Of a stretch of 64,000 nucleotides of DNA, positions 1 to 12,251 are shown in pieces; the stretch's first letter is position 1; each line of letters begins with the position of its first letter. The notes beneath the pieces are model-generated. The model searched no databases. It saw only the letters and a program-made list of their open reading frames with translations, and was not told the DNA's origin. The position numbers and the translations under genes were made by a program. The stretch lies in the NCBI GenBank assembly GCA_048013815.1, contig CM106585.1:12462001-12526000 (forward strand), given 5' to 3'. Origin of the DNA: Setoptus koraiensis (Eukaryota; Animalia; Arthropoda).

Positions 1-2585
1 TCGTGCTCCTTGAGCGATTCCATTTCTTTGCGCAATTCCTCAAAGAAATTCTCCTTGCGTTGGTGGTACTTTTGTTGACAACAATTGTCCAAATGAATAT
101 CGTCTATCTGCCAATAATCCAGATCATTTTGGAAGGCCATAACGCACATTTCGTCGGGCAAATGTAGCTTGCCCGTTCGGTAATAATCGAGAATACAATT
201 GAATGATTTCGGCTGCCGATCAAAATAAAACTCGTTCGTTTCTAGATTGAAATCGTCGCAATAATTTAGCAGCGATCTCAATTGTCTCATTGTCAACAGA
301 GCAACAGCAACAAAACTGTTACTGTTATCGCCCGGCTCACTGATGGCTCGCGCCGAATTTCTCGAGTTCAGCCTGGCCGCGCACTCCACGCTGACGGGCT
401 CCACCTTATCATTTCCGGTTGGGTCATCTTTATCTTTATCGGTTGCAGCGGCTCGATTAGTTGGCGCTTGGCCGTGAATATAATTGTGACTGTAATTGCA
501 TTGGTGCTCCTGTTGCAACAAATTGTGGTCGTCGTGAAATGGCTGGCGTGGTTGCTGTTGTTGTTGTTGTTGTTGTTGTTGTTGCGATGAAAGTTTTGTT
601 TGTGGGGCAGTTGGCGATGCTTTTGTATTGGTGCTGTTGCCGGTGGTGGCCGGCATTGGAGGTGTGGCGGCGGCTAGCGGTGGAGTTGGCGATGGCGAGG
701 CCGATGTCGACGGCATCGCTCTCGGGAGTTGCGTTTGGTGGTTGGCCGACGACGAGGCCGACGGAATCTGATGACAGGCAACGAATGCCAGGCGAGCCAG
801 TCGCGTATTGGGCACCCTCAGCAACGTTGACCACAGCACCTCGTGCTTGACGCCGCCAACATTCAAGATGCACCGTGTGGCCCCATTAAACGAGCAGCGT
901 CTCGTTGAGGTGCCCGACGAAATGTTGTTAGACTGGCTGAATCTGTCGGTGAAGTTGTTGTTCATGCTAACGGCCGAGGTTGTTTTCATGCTCTTGCCCA
1001 TCAACGAGGCGCTTCCTTGGCTGCCGATGCTGTTCACGCGGCTCCGGCTGCCCGAGCTCGGCCCGGTGGCCGCCCTGTCCCGCATCTCCGCATTTGGATG
1101 CTGTTGCTGGTATGGCGATTGGTTGGACAACGGATTGGACAGGGCAATTATTTTGGCTAGCGATTTTTTGCTGCGCAACCAAAATTTCTTGCCCCGACTC
1201 AAATTGTTGTTGTCGCTGTTGTTGTTGTTGCCGTTGGACTGTGTTGTTGTCGGCTGTCGCATTGCATTTTTTAGCCCCGCTGTTATGTCACCCAATTCCA
1301 TGTCGCACAAATTCGTTTCACTGCTCATAAGTTGATGACGTTGCTGCCTTGGCAGCAGGCGACGCTTTTTTCCTGGTCCCGTTTGTCCGGCGCCAAATCC
1401 GTTTGAGCGAACCATATTCTTCTTGTTATCCGGTATGGGTGTTGCGTCGTCGTAGGACAATGGACGCTGCCGATTGGAACGGGAGCTCAATTTACAATTG
1501 TTCGTTGCGTTGTGTAAATTCATCAGCGACAAAGTGCTGCAATGTTCAGGCCGGATGTAATTAGCGAAATCGGGCGATTGGGATCGTTTCATGGATAACA
1601 TCTTGTGAATTGGACTGGCGCTATTGCTGCAATAATGTTGCGGCGATCGCAACTTTTCCGCAATGGATCTGGTGCCCATGAGTCGCTCTTCGTCGTCATC
1701 ATCATATTGCGCATAATTGGGTATGGTGGACCTATCGAAGGCAGCTTGTTGATTGGTCATGTTGTTCAAACTGCAAACACTGGCCGAACTGAGGGGCAAT
1801 TTTTTTGGGTGGCGCGAATGGGTGGCATCGTGTTGCTTGTGCTTGCAATTACTATCGTTACAAAACTTTCCAATTGAGGCCGACGAGCCGCGCCGGGCCA
1901 ATGACTCGAGCTGATGCTGATGTCGGCCGTTTCTGATGAGCGCCGGCTGCCGATGGCGGCCAATTTTTCCAAAATTGAACGAGGTGTCAAATTTAAAAGG
2001 TAAATGCTGCTTGAGCTGACTTTCGGCCTCCGTCCATTGGTCTGCCGGTGCCGCCGCTAATGTTTGGCGACGCTGCTCAATGTGGGCGCTAGTGGCGTAA
2101 TCGTGGGGCCCCAGTTGCCGGTCGAACAAGGGCCGAGATCTTACATATGGCGTTGCTGGAGTAATTGGAGTGGCGGGCGTAATAATGGCGCTTGGTACTC
2201 TAATGGTGGCCATATCAGAGTCTTGTTGTTGCGACTGCTGGCGCTGTTGTAAACTGGCGAGAGATTTACGATCTGATTGGTCTATTAAGCGGGCGTCTTC
2301 GTTGTTATTTGGTGCCGTTGTTGCTGTTGTCGCCGTTGTTGGTGCTGCTGGCGATGCCCCGTCAATTGTGTCAGTTGCATTGTTCGCTTGTCGAGCCTCC
2401 GGCACAACAATGTTGTTGTCGTGGTCGTCGTTGTTGCCGTTGCCGTTACTGCTGCCGTAGTCGTTATTGTTGCTGTTGTTGTTGTCGTTGCTGGATTGGC
2501 CGGCTAGCATGTCGCTGGCATATGGAAGTCCAGCCTGCGGTTGTTGGCCCCCCTCCATTGTATCTTGTTGTTTATTAAGCGCCAT
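1..2585 (-). CDS. Shab: Voltage-gated K+ channel Shab/Kv2, 5' part (N-terminus and T1 domain; ORF continues off the left edge)
   Basis: Manual translation of the minus frame starting at ATG 2585 ([13 protein letters not shown]...) is open to position 1, with an in-frame TAG just upstream. It contains [29 protein letters not shown] (~875-789) and [75 protein letters not shown] (~275-50), which match the Kv2/Shab T1 domain. It is missing from the ORF track because there is no stop in the window. Confidence 0.93.
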   Translation of the reverse strand, partial: MALNKQQDTMEGGQQPQAGLPYASDMLAGQSSNDNNNSNNNDYGSSNGNGNNDDHDNNIVVPEARQANNATDTIDGASPAAPTTATTATTAPNNNEDARLIDQSDRKSLASLQQRQQSQQQDSDMATIRVPSAIITPATPITPATPYVRSRPLFDRQLGPHDYATSAHIEQRRQTLAAAPADQWTEAESQLKQHLPFKFDTSFNFGKIGRHRQPALIRNGRHQHQLESLARRGSSASIGKFCNDSNCKHKQHDATHSRHPKKLPLSSASVCSLNNMTNQQAAFDRSTIPNYAQYDDDDEERLMGTRSIAEKLRSPQHYCSNSASPIHKMLSMKRSQSPDFANYIRPEHCSTLSLMNLHNATNNCKLSSRSNRQRPLSYDDATPIPDNKKNMVRSNGFGAGQTGPGKKRRLLPRQQRHQLMSSETNLCDMELGDITAGLKNAMRQPTTTQSNGNNNNSDNNNLSRGKKFWLRSKKSLAKIIALSNPLSNQSPYQQQHPNAEMRDRAATGPSSGSRSRVNSIGSQGSASLMGKSMKTTSAVSMNNNFTDRFSQSNNISSGTSTRRCSFNGATRCILNVGGVKHEVLWSTLLRVPNTRLARLAFVACHQIPSASSSANHQTQLPRAMPSTSASPSPTPPLAAATPPMPATTGNSTNTKASPTAPQTKLSSQQQQQQQQQQQPRQPFHDDHNLLQQEHQCNYSHNYIHGQAPTNRAAATDKDKDDPTGNDKVEPVSVECAARLNSRNSARAISEPGDNSNSFVAVALLTMRQLRSLLNYCDDFNLETNEFYFDRQPKSFNCILDYYRTGKLHLPDEMCVMAFQNDLDYWQIDDIHLDNCCQQKYHQRKENFFEELRKEMESLKEH

Positions 2586-2591
2586 TGTGCA

Positions 2592-2640
2592 CTAGGTGTG
2601 CAAGTGTGTGGGGCCCGGCTTCTGCGAGGTGTCCACTTAC
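2592..2640 (-). other. Candidate 49-nt 5'-UTR intron of Shab
   Basis: Minus strand reads gtaagt...cacctag, ending 6 nt before the ATG at 2585. The upstream segment has an in-frame stop, so it would be UTR. Confidence 0.3.
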
Positions 2641-4348
2641 CACTTTATGCTAATCATCTGTCTTAAATTGCACCCTGATTTAAGTAGAGACGCGCGTCAC
2701 ACTAGGCCCAAACTGGTTACGGGCGATGGCAAGCCCAGCCTAGCTAACTAGGGTTTTCTTTGTTTCGCAAAAATTGCCAAACAGTTACGCGTTGTGTCCG
2801 GTGAGAGTGGTCAGACTCTTTTAGTGTTTGTATGGATAGTGTGGCCAATAATGCCTGGCGTTGTTTGTGTGACATTCAAATAGTGTTCATCTAATAGCAG
2901 TGAGTTTTTGGAGAGAGAAAAAAAAACACGCTAGTCCAATTAGCCGTCGTTTGCATCTCAGATCGGACTGCTCTTCTAATTGTGACGTTATTGTTGTTGT
3001 TATTGTTGTTGCTGCTGCTATTATTATATTGATCGTGTAATGGCTCGTTGATGGGACTCGCGTCGCACCTCAACGCATCTGATTATAATGAAATAATTTT
3101 GCTGGCGACACTACATACCACGCCAAGACGCAGACTGGCACGAGGTTGTTGTCTTGTTGCTCTGTAGTCGTTGGCTGCGTGAACAGTTTGCAATGGTTGG
3201 CATAGTCAAAGTTGTTGCTTTAGTTCGGACAGAATATTCTCGGCTCTAGTTTCAGTTTGTATTGCTGGGGCCGCCGACTGGCACTCGTCGCAAACAAACT
3301 CGCTGGAAAAAGTTGCTATAGTCAATTGTTTCCTGTGGCGACTCGCTCAATAAATTCATGTCGTCAGTAGCTGATGATAGTTCACGAAACAAACGGTTGG
3401 CTGGCCAAATCATATGTATGGCATGTATGGTATTAGGGGCGCACAACACGGCACATATAAACATATGTATATTGCATGCGACAAACAAACATAATGCGAG
3501 TTGATTATGTCGTTGTTGCCAACTTTATATCTCTCTTTCTGCTGCATATATATGGAATATATCTTTCTATATATCTGTGTGGGTATTATGTGTATTTGTG
3601 TGTGTATGTGTGTGTGTCTACTGTGACAGAGATCTCTCAAACAAGATTAACAGCGATGCCGGATTTAGATGGATAATAATAATTTAGATGGAATTGTAGC
3701 CTCGGTATCTTGTCTACGGTATCATGTATTCCGTGAAGGAGTGTAACTTAGTTGCACAATTTACTTACGCAATTGATTGGACTTGTCTTCGGCGGTCTTG
3801 GGCGCCGTTCATCAGTGGCGTTCGGCGACTACTAAACTGAATGCACACTTACACACACGAACACACACACACACACACACACACACCCAGTGAGTCACTC
3901 GCGAGTCGCGACAAACAAGTGCACCTAGCGACCCAGTAGCGACCATTCGGCGGCATGCAAATACTGCCGACTACTGCTAGTAATAATACTATTTTTTAAT
4001 AATAATCATTCACTAAGCTGCCTCATTCAATAACATACTGCTCTGGCTTTAATAGTGTAGCAAGTATGTCTGCAAATATACCACTACGATGGCAACAACA
4101 ACAAACAACAACGACACAATATGCAAACGACGTTCTCGTCTCCGTCGTCGTTGTTGTCGTCGTCTTCTGATCCTCTCGGTTAGTCTCTGATAGATTGTAG
4201 CTCGCTCAGCGCTAGACAGTTTTCCAGTTTTTAGCTCAAATTTTAGTTTCCACGGCTGCATGCTTCATGTTGTTGCTGTGTCTATAGATGTTGTTGGCTT
4301 CTAGTTACATTCATCACGCAACTACTTAACTTGATGTTCTTGGCGACA

Positions 4349-4350
<2 letters not shown>

Positions 4351-4421
<71 letters not shown>

Positions 4422-4458
4422 ACACTCACACACACACACACACACACGCACACACACA
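4351..4458. repeat. Compound (CT)n-(CA)n microsatellite
   Basis: About 20 CT units directly followed by an imperfect CA tract. Other dinucleotide tracts lie at 3861-3886 (AC) and 4985-5020 (GA). Confidence 0.95.
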
Positions 4459-4981
4459 ATCACAGTTCAAGTTGAGGTCGCTAAAACTAAATTGGTTTCC
4501 AGCAGACAGATTAGTGAAACATCATTCGCTGAGACGCATCAATGTGGATGGTGCGTAAATTGTATGAATGGCCCGCAAATATGCTGATGATAGTATGAAT
4601 GACAAGTGCACGCGAGAACGACCAGATAAGAATGGATAGATAAATTGAGATTATTATTAAATTGTTTCCAACACGACAATCAAGATGGTTGCTGTTGCCG
4701 ACTAGATGCGCGCACAAACAACCATCTCCAATCAAATGATTCAGCCCGTGTAATTGCGACCAATAATAATAATACAATCGCATTTAAACAGTACAGGCAA
4801 CGTCAATTTTAATATAGTTAGGTGACACTCGCTCTGCAATCATCTAGGGGTTCATCGTGTCGCATAATTAACTATTTGCATATGACAATGTGCCATTTCA
4901 ATTTGTCGTCACTTGGCGGCTCCGATCTCACTTCTCGGAATAGTTCGAACAATCGGAACATGACTAGTCTAGTCTAAAGAT

Positions 4982-5022
<41 letters not shown>

Positions 5023-6666
5023 AGCGAACAACCAATAATTGTGATTGGACTGACAGAGCCCATATGAAGGAATAACAAACAGTCTGGGCCGTAGGCGCGA
5101 CAATGTCCAACGATAGATATAACTGTAAAGTAGATTGATTCTGAGTGAATAATTCATTCTTGTCGCGATATGCGTGCCAACATTGACAACGTTATTGTCA
5201 TGATCAATTTCATTATTAATTTCATTTAGACGTTGCTGTTGATGTCGTTGTCGGTAGTCGCAGTTGACAACTCCAAGCATCATCATCGTACATCTACACA
5301 GTTGAATTATTTACTAGCATCCAATAAATGTCATACCGTGTGATGCATATCATTCACAACCGTCGCTACCGGTACATTGTTGGACGAATTTTGCACTTTT
5401 CATACATTTATTGAATAACTTTATTGGCAAGGCAGTCAAATGGCTATAATTAAAAATTATCGCGTACAAATACGTCGGTATGGCAGTAACTGTTAGTTCT
5501 GTTCGGATATATTTACTGGCAGTAGCGTCGCAGTTGTGTCGCTCGTCAGGCGTTGCCAGGCTCCTCAGCTGGCCTCACCCGATCTATTATTGTGAAGCAA
5601 CAAATTCTGCTGACATAATTCCATCGTACTCTGCTAACTACTCTATCGTGACTTGACACTAATCCTCATCTTTGTGCATTGTCCACACTAAGCTGTCAAT
5701 TTATGAGTGCGCCGGCCGACCTCACTCTCGGCCTCAATACATTATGTCCGTCGGAGCATTCGTCTGGTTGCAAGAAATTGTGACGATGCGGCACAATTAC
5801 GCGTCGATAAAGAATTGATTGGAGGCGACGGTAGAGAAAAGAGGGTGGGGAATTCAACTCCATTTGAGACATCAAGTGGCAATTGAGAAGTGTCCTGCTC
5901 CAGTTTCACCCAGTCAGCAGTGGTAGTGACACCATTTCTCGTCCTCGCAAACATTGGCTGCTAATGCTTGTGATCTTTTTACTGGCCAGATTATAGAGCA
6001 AGTTTTCTAGTTGCATATCCAATTGGATTGGTGGCTGTCACGACATCAACGAGGCCCCAACTATCGGCGAGCACAACCATACTAGTACAGAAGGTAGTAG
6101 AAGTTTGTGCACACACATTCAAGCCTTATCAATGACAACGACTGTAAACACAAGAGCAATATACGGGCCTAGTTACCCAAAAGAGCCCCTTTTTTTTGTT
6201 GGCACCATGACTACAGCGCACTAAAATAGACATTTGTTTGCGATCACTAAAAGCAGATAAACACGTAGTTGGGAGCAATAGGGGCACTTGTGACAGTGAC
6301 CCAACTTTCAGCTGGTTAGAGGCAGCAAGTAGACCAGATAATATACTAATGAGCTGTATCGATGCATTTCAAACATGCAATGTACTTCCAATATTATTGA
6401 TTTCCATGTAGCCCATGGTCGAGCCGTAGTTGATAGTGGTGGCGGAGTCACATACATACAAACACACTTACATGCACACAGAATGCCTAAAGTAGATATT
6501 CAGATAATTTCGGACGCTTCTAGTGGCGATATCTGTGTGCATTTAGGTGTCACGCACCTATTATGCTGAAAGGACAGACAAACATGGACAATTGGTGACA
6601 TGTTGGAGTATTGTTGTTAGTTGTTATTATTTTATTGGCATTTGGTGCATGCTCAATTAAGTTAAT

Positions 6667-7290
6667 CTAGGACCTTGGTCTTTCCTTCTTTTCCTTATAT
6701 AAGGCTAAGAGAGATACATTGGCCACCTTGACTATCTTGAAACGTACACCTGGAATATCACCCACGGCGTGACCTTTACGACCGAAACCGGCCACTAAAA
6801 CTTCGTCATTGTCTTCGATGTAATTTAGACAACCGTCACGAGGCACAAATGCTGTGATCTTTTTACCGTTCTTAATCAATTGAACACGGACACATTTACG
6901 AATGGCCGAGTTAGGTTGCTTAGCACCAATACCGACTTTCTCGAGAACAATTCCTTTAGCGTGGGAAGCACCACCAAAAGGATTTGATTTCCATCTGGTA
7001 CCCGAATGTGCTTTCTTGTAGTCCTTGTCGGCCCATCTTTGTTCGCGACGATGATTCTTGTGCTTACGGGCGGTTCTTAATCCCTTTGGTTTACCTAATT
7101 ATTTATATATTTTTTTCACCATATGGGGGACAGTTAATGAAAACGGTGATTAGTATTTAAAAATCTCTGAAATAACATTCGGTTAGGGGCTGACATGAGC
7201 ACCGAAGCAAAGCAATTATTACTTTGTTCATTAGCCAATTAATTGTCTCCACAGAGATGAATATTCCTATAAGTAAGGTGACTTACCCAT
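6667..7290 (-). CDS. RPS23: 40S ribosomal protein S23 (uS12); join(7290..7287, 7094..6667), 143 aa
   Basis: ATG G|gtaagt donor and aattag|GT AAA acceptor give [13 protein letters not shown]...[21 protein letters not shown]...KKERPRS*. The CDS is 432 nt, the canonical length. Confidence 0.98.
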
Positions 7291-7940
7291 GATGCTATTT
7301 GTTGTGTTTTTGTTTCAGTGAGAGATAATATGAGCCAGAGAAGCAATGGAAATTGTGGGCGATCCCGAAATGTCGTAGGTAGATCCGTAGATACGATAAA
7401 TAATCAATTGAATATTCTAATAATAATAATAATAATGGATATCAGGTAGATTCCAGGATGGCGAAAGAAATGTTCCTACAACCAGCAACTAAACGTGTGT
7501 GTGACTCGGTGACAGAGAGCGTGCGGTGTGTTCTGCAGTTCTCTCTCTACAATAGCACACCGGATACAAAGATGGCTGCACAAAATTTTAGAGCGCCACC
7601 TCTCCGTCGCCGGGAACAACTCGTAAGCAAGTGGCGAAATAATGCCAGATTGTTAGCAAAAGTGGTTCTGCGCATTGTGAGCTGCGCCAAGAGCGCGAAA
7701 TTCGACACGCTAAAAAATTTGCCGTGTTTACGCTTGCCATTAACGGTTAGCGCCTTACAAGTAAACAAAATCACATGTTCATGTTATGCAAATATCACGC
7801 GGATTCTAACTTTTGTCATTGACACAAACGAACCGATATAAACATATTTACTCTGAATCAACCTACAATCGGGTTCGGAAGCCAAATCTCACCTCGAAGC
7901 CATATTGGCGCCGCTGGAAAGCCACAGGCACACGCAGAGA

Positions 7941-8198
7941 ATGACGGTAACCAGGCCACCGGGTAGACAGGGATTGAGCAATAACACCAAAATATTGATA
8001 GGTTACGCAGCCAGTCTAGTTATATGTATTACCTCGTATTATTATGCCAGAATTTGGGTTGTCGAGCAAAGGACTGAAAATATGAAAGTGAGACAAAAGA
8101 TCAACTCCCGTTACGGTTTGGACTATGTCAGACTGAAAAAGGGAGAGACAACAACTGTGAGGGAGGGCCAAGATCCAGTAGATCTCAACAACAAATGA
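7941..8198 (+). CDS. Small single-pass membrane protein, 85 aa, function unknown (weak resemblance to DUF4748-type proteins)
   Basis: ATG 7941 in the ORF-track frame gives MTVTRPPGRQGLSNNTKILIGYAASLVICITSYYYARIWVVEQRTENMKVRQKI..., one hydrophobic helix followed by an amphipathic basic helix. It sits between RPS23 (divergent) and GLD2 (convergent). Confidence 0.6.
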   Translation: MTVTRPPGRQGLSNNTKILIGYAASLVICITSYYYARIWVVEQRTENMKVRQKINSRYGLDYVRLKKGETTTVREGQDPVDLNNK

Positions 8199-8250
8199 TA
8201 GTTTTAGGAGTGAATATGTAAAAGTAGTGAATAAAGCAGCAATTATCACA

Positions 8251-10190
8251 TCATAATATTGCGTTTAAGTTTCGCTCTCGTTGCAGTTTAAAATGGCTAC
8301 ACCTAAAAACTTCTAGGATTCTCAAAAATGCTTCCTCATCCCAAACTGATCTAGCCGTGTTAGTACGATCAAATGGCTCCTCTATACATATCCATCTCCA
8401 CTGTGTGGGTGTGTTTTTGTTATTGACATGATTTCGTGCAGTTTCCTTATCGATTGTACAACCCAATCTTATGGATATGACATCACTCGCGTAACGATAC
8501 ACATACGAGTAATAATTAAAAAATCCTAATAAAAGTTCGCCTAATGACTGGAGATTCTTCGAACTGAAATCTGGTAGTTCTTCCAACAGATCCAAGCGTT
8601 TAATATCCGAATTTGATCTAAATACTTCTGGCATCATCTTTTGCAAACATGGCAAAACAGGGGGATTGCTTCCGCCTAAGGGGGCAAATGCAAACACACA
8701 ATCGTTTTTTTTTTCAATGTGAAGTTTGTCAATTTTGGGAGAACGTACAAGTATTAGTTTTGTTGTATTTCAAATTGCAAGCACTTCATGTGGCAAAGCT
8801 TTATCTGTTGATAACCATACATCATCGGATTAAAATGATGTATTGACTTTTTTTAAGTAAAAGTCGACATAACTTACATTGTAGGAAGTGTATAACCATT
8901 AAGACAAGACTATAACTAGACAACGTTTTGTTATAGGCATCATTAATCCGATTCTTGCGAGCCCACAATTTGATAACAATTACCAATGGTTGCACACGGC
9001 GATCCACTTTTGAAATATATCATGACGTTTGTTAGTTGAAGAGATAATAATAATAATCAAACACAAACGATTGACAATGTTAGATAAACGAAGCTTAATG
9101 TATTTTGTTTATCTGTATGCATGTGTTACTGTGAGCGTATGTTAGTGCGCTTGATAGTGATTGAGCTCGATGATTGATTAGTTCGCCAAAGAAAACTTAC
9201 GCCGTGTGTAACAATTAATTAAGTGAGTATTCCTAATTCCTACACTATTATTGACATTTAAGTCCACCATTACCGAGGAAACAGCATCTTCAAATCGTAG
9301 TAAAGGTACTTTAGCCATTATTAGGTGAGGTTTTCTGACAAAATCTATGATGTCACATGATGATAAGGATTAATTGTACCAGTGATGATTAGTTAGACAG
9401 TAAATAGATTTAGAATGATGAAATTTGGTGAGAGTGAGAGAGAGAGAGAGAAAGAGAGAGGGAGAGAGTGCGGGTACGAGTGCGAGCAAACCAACGAAAA
9501 TAGCATAAGTCACAAACAAATTGTTCAACTTACGAGCCAACCTTGATAACTAAACAAAGTTGATAATATTGACCTACCATACATCGTAATCTGATCCTGA
9601 ACGAATTGTAATATAGGCAAGGCTTCCGTCATTTGATTAATCTCACAATCAGATATGACTAGACACATATCAACATCGCTGGTACTATTGCCAAGATTAT
9701 TAATTGATGAGCCAACAATGTAAAGATCTATAGCTATATTTTATGGTAGGTAAGAGTAGTTGATTATCTCCATAATAGTGTACATGTGTGATATACCATA
9801 AATGAATGTATGAGTAAGTGTGTGTTTATTTGTTTGATTGTGTCATTGCATATGCAAATATTGCAAAATAATATGGAGAAAGAATGGAAGACAAGATGGC
9901 AAAGTTAGTTAACAAGAAAGAAGTTTTGATTAAGAAGATTCATTGATTGAGCTACACGTGATTAAATTAATCATGTGATTGAAATGATTAATTTTGGTTC
10001 AACGACGAACAGAGTAGCTGACAGGCTCTCTTGTCTTTGTTCGTCTCTACTTACGACCTTCTTTGAAACTTTTCCTCAGTATGTTGTAAAGCTTTTCCCT
10101 AAGCTTCGCCTTCTGTATATATATCTCATTAGATTGGCGTACCCTTAAAAATGTATCATAAATTTGCCGAGATACAGCGTGTAGGGCCAT
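8251..10190 (-). CDS. GLD2: Non-canonical poly(A) RNA polymerase, GLD2/TENT2 family; join(10190..10055, 9727..9578, 9344..9201, 9006..8878, 8675..8251), ~327 aa; 5' start uncertain
   Basis: All four introns are GT-AG and phase 1, and the joins keep frame. Motifs: LYIVGSSINNLGNSTSDVDMCL (nucleotidyltransferase GS..DxD), AKVPLLRF, VDLNVNNSVGIRNTHL (third catalytic Asp), TLSSYSLVLMVIHFLQ, and PAP-associated WICIEEPFDRTNTARSV. Confidence 0.88.
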
Positions 10191-12251
10191 CACGGTTGTT
10201 AATAAATGAATGTATGGGGGCAATAATAGTGGTGATAGTGGTGGTAATGGTGGGTGATATGGTGGTGATATATGGTGGTGTGATGGTGGTAGTGGTAGTG
10301 GCAGTGGTGTTGGTGGTGGCAGCTGAGGTGGTGAAGCGATGATGATGATGACAGTTGGCAATATATTTTAAAAAAACAGAAGGATAATAATAATGATGAG
10401 ACTAAAGGTCCAACTACATTAGTCGTCTGTGTTGAACGAGTAGTATCATCCAGATTGAATGAATTAACTAGCGTTGGTGATAATTGTGAACGTGTAGGGC
10501 AATACGAGAGGGAGAGAGAGAAAGGGGGAGAGAGAGCGAGTATAAGGTGGTCTGGGCACAACAGGTACGACTAGAACTGTTTATGTCTACTGGCTTTCAT
10601 TATATGTGGAGAACAGTAGATCGTAAGCAAGCACAGATTGTGCACTTGCGCCTCGTGAGCACCCCTTGCGTCAGATTAACTATTGGTGCTCTCGGCGAAG
10701 GGAGTCAAGCAAGCACACACAAACATTACGAACGTTTTGTGCCCTTGTGCAGCACAGTGTGCAGCCGGGCAGCTTGACCAGTTGGTTGAACTTTCTACTG
10801 CTCATGCTTGTGAGTTGGTTGCCACACTGCATGAACACAGAAAAGCCATGAGCGGGCACAGATAGTGCCTAGGCGCATACTGCTCGACAAGTTTTATACA
10901 GTTGAGGTTAGACAACCACAATACACACGCCAGAGTTGATTGCAAGCGGCACACATTGGACAACGGTACACCATGTGCTGGCGAGCAACTCGTTTTGAGC
11001 AGCAAGACTTGATCACCTCACCAGCCTATATGCACATGAACATGTACGGCAGTAGTGGTAGTGGTAGTAGTACAGGTATGTGTGTAAGCAGTAGACAGGC
11101 AGACGCAACAGAGAGCGCAACTCACAAGTCAGCTGCTAAGACGTGAACACACCAGCTAACGCACCCGCTCACTGCAGAAAGCTGGCTGAGCAGACAAGCG
11201 GGCAGACAGACGGACTTTGTAGAACATTGAAAAAAAGGTGAGTAAAGGCAGCCGCCAGGCTCACGGGATTGGAGCGAGCAACAGCTTCATACACATAGCT
11301 ACACACACACACACACACGGTACAGTTGAAACATCAGCGAACGAATGCGATTGAGCGAACGAATGAAACATGAAAACATCAGTTCTTCAGTGCTCATAAA
11401 TCGGGCCACATCGATGAGACGCAGCTAAACACAAGCGCACACACAGACACACATACACATTTTTGACTCACAGACACACACACACACGCACACACACACA
11501 CACACACACACTGAGATTCGATTTGGTCATGAAGACGATCGTTGTTCGTCCATTCGATCAGTCGGCCACTATAGCCACAACAGTTCGTTCGCTCTTCGTC
11601 CCATTCGTTCGCCAGCCTGCCCGTTCGCCGACAACATTATTGGTCGTCGTCTGTTACAGTCTGTAGTCGAATTATTTCTGTCCCAGCCAACAGCTCGACT
11701 ATTTGCAGCAGTTAGATTATTTGCGACAGTTCGATCATTTCCAGCGTTAGTTCGACAATAGTTCCACAATAGTTCGACAACGCGAATAATTAAATTAAAA
11801 ATATTCGTTAGAATTCGACAAATTTCAGCAACTACTAAATTAATATTTTCGTGTTTTCGACACACACACACTCGATTAAAATAAATAAGATCAGGCCAAA
11901 ATTCAATTAGCAGCACATCAGTGGCGATAATAATAATTACATGCGACACAACCGGTCATAATTGTTGTTGTCGAATCATAAAATAGCACCAGTGCAGCAT
12001 CGAGTAAAATGTTTCCACTGAGATCACGCCTGAACCATCATCGTCAAGAAGAAGAAGAAGAAGACGAAGACAATTATTTCACTGACAACAGCGCAGACAG
12101 TTGAACATTTCATCGACAACGACCAAAAACCGACAACCGATCGACAAAACGTTGTTGATATCATCAAAATGTACTTGTGTATTTATGACAAATACTAATT
12201 AGCAAATACAAATATAGACACTAATAATCTTTACACATCTAGAAGAGAATA

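Noticed and set aside
282-2578. Many plus-strand and off-frame ORFs rich in V/L/C runs
   Set aside because: Shadows of the Shab CDS produced by CAA/ACA trinucleotide repeats.
7458-7841. 127-aa ORF and antisense 75-aa ORF between RPS23 and the small TM gene
   Set aside because: They lie in the likely bidirectional promoter and have no homology or protein-like pattern.
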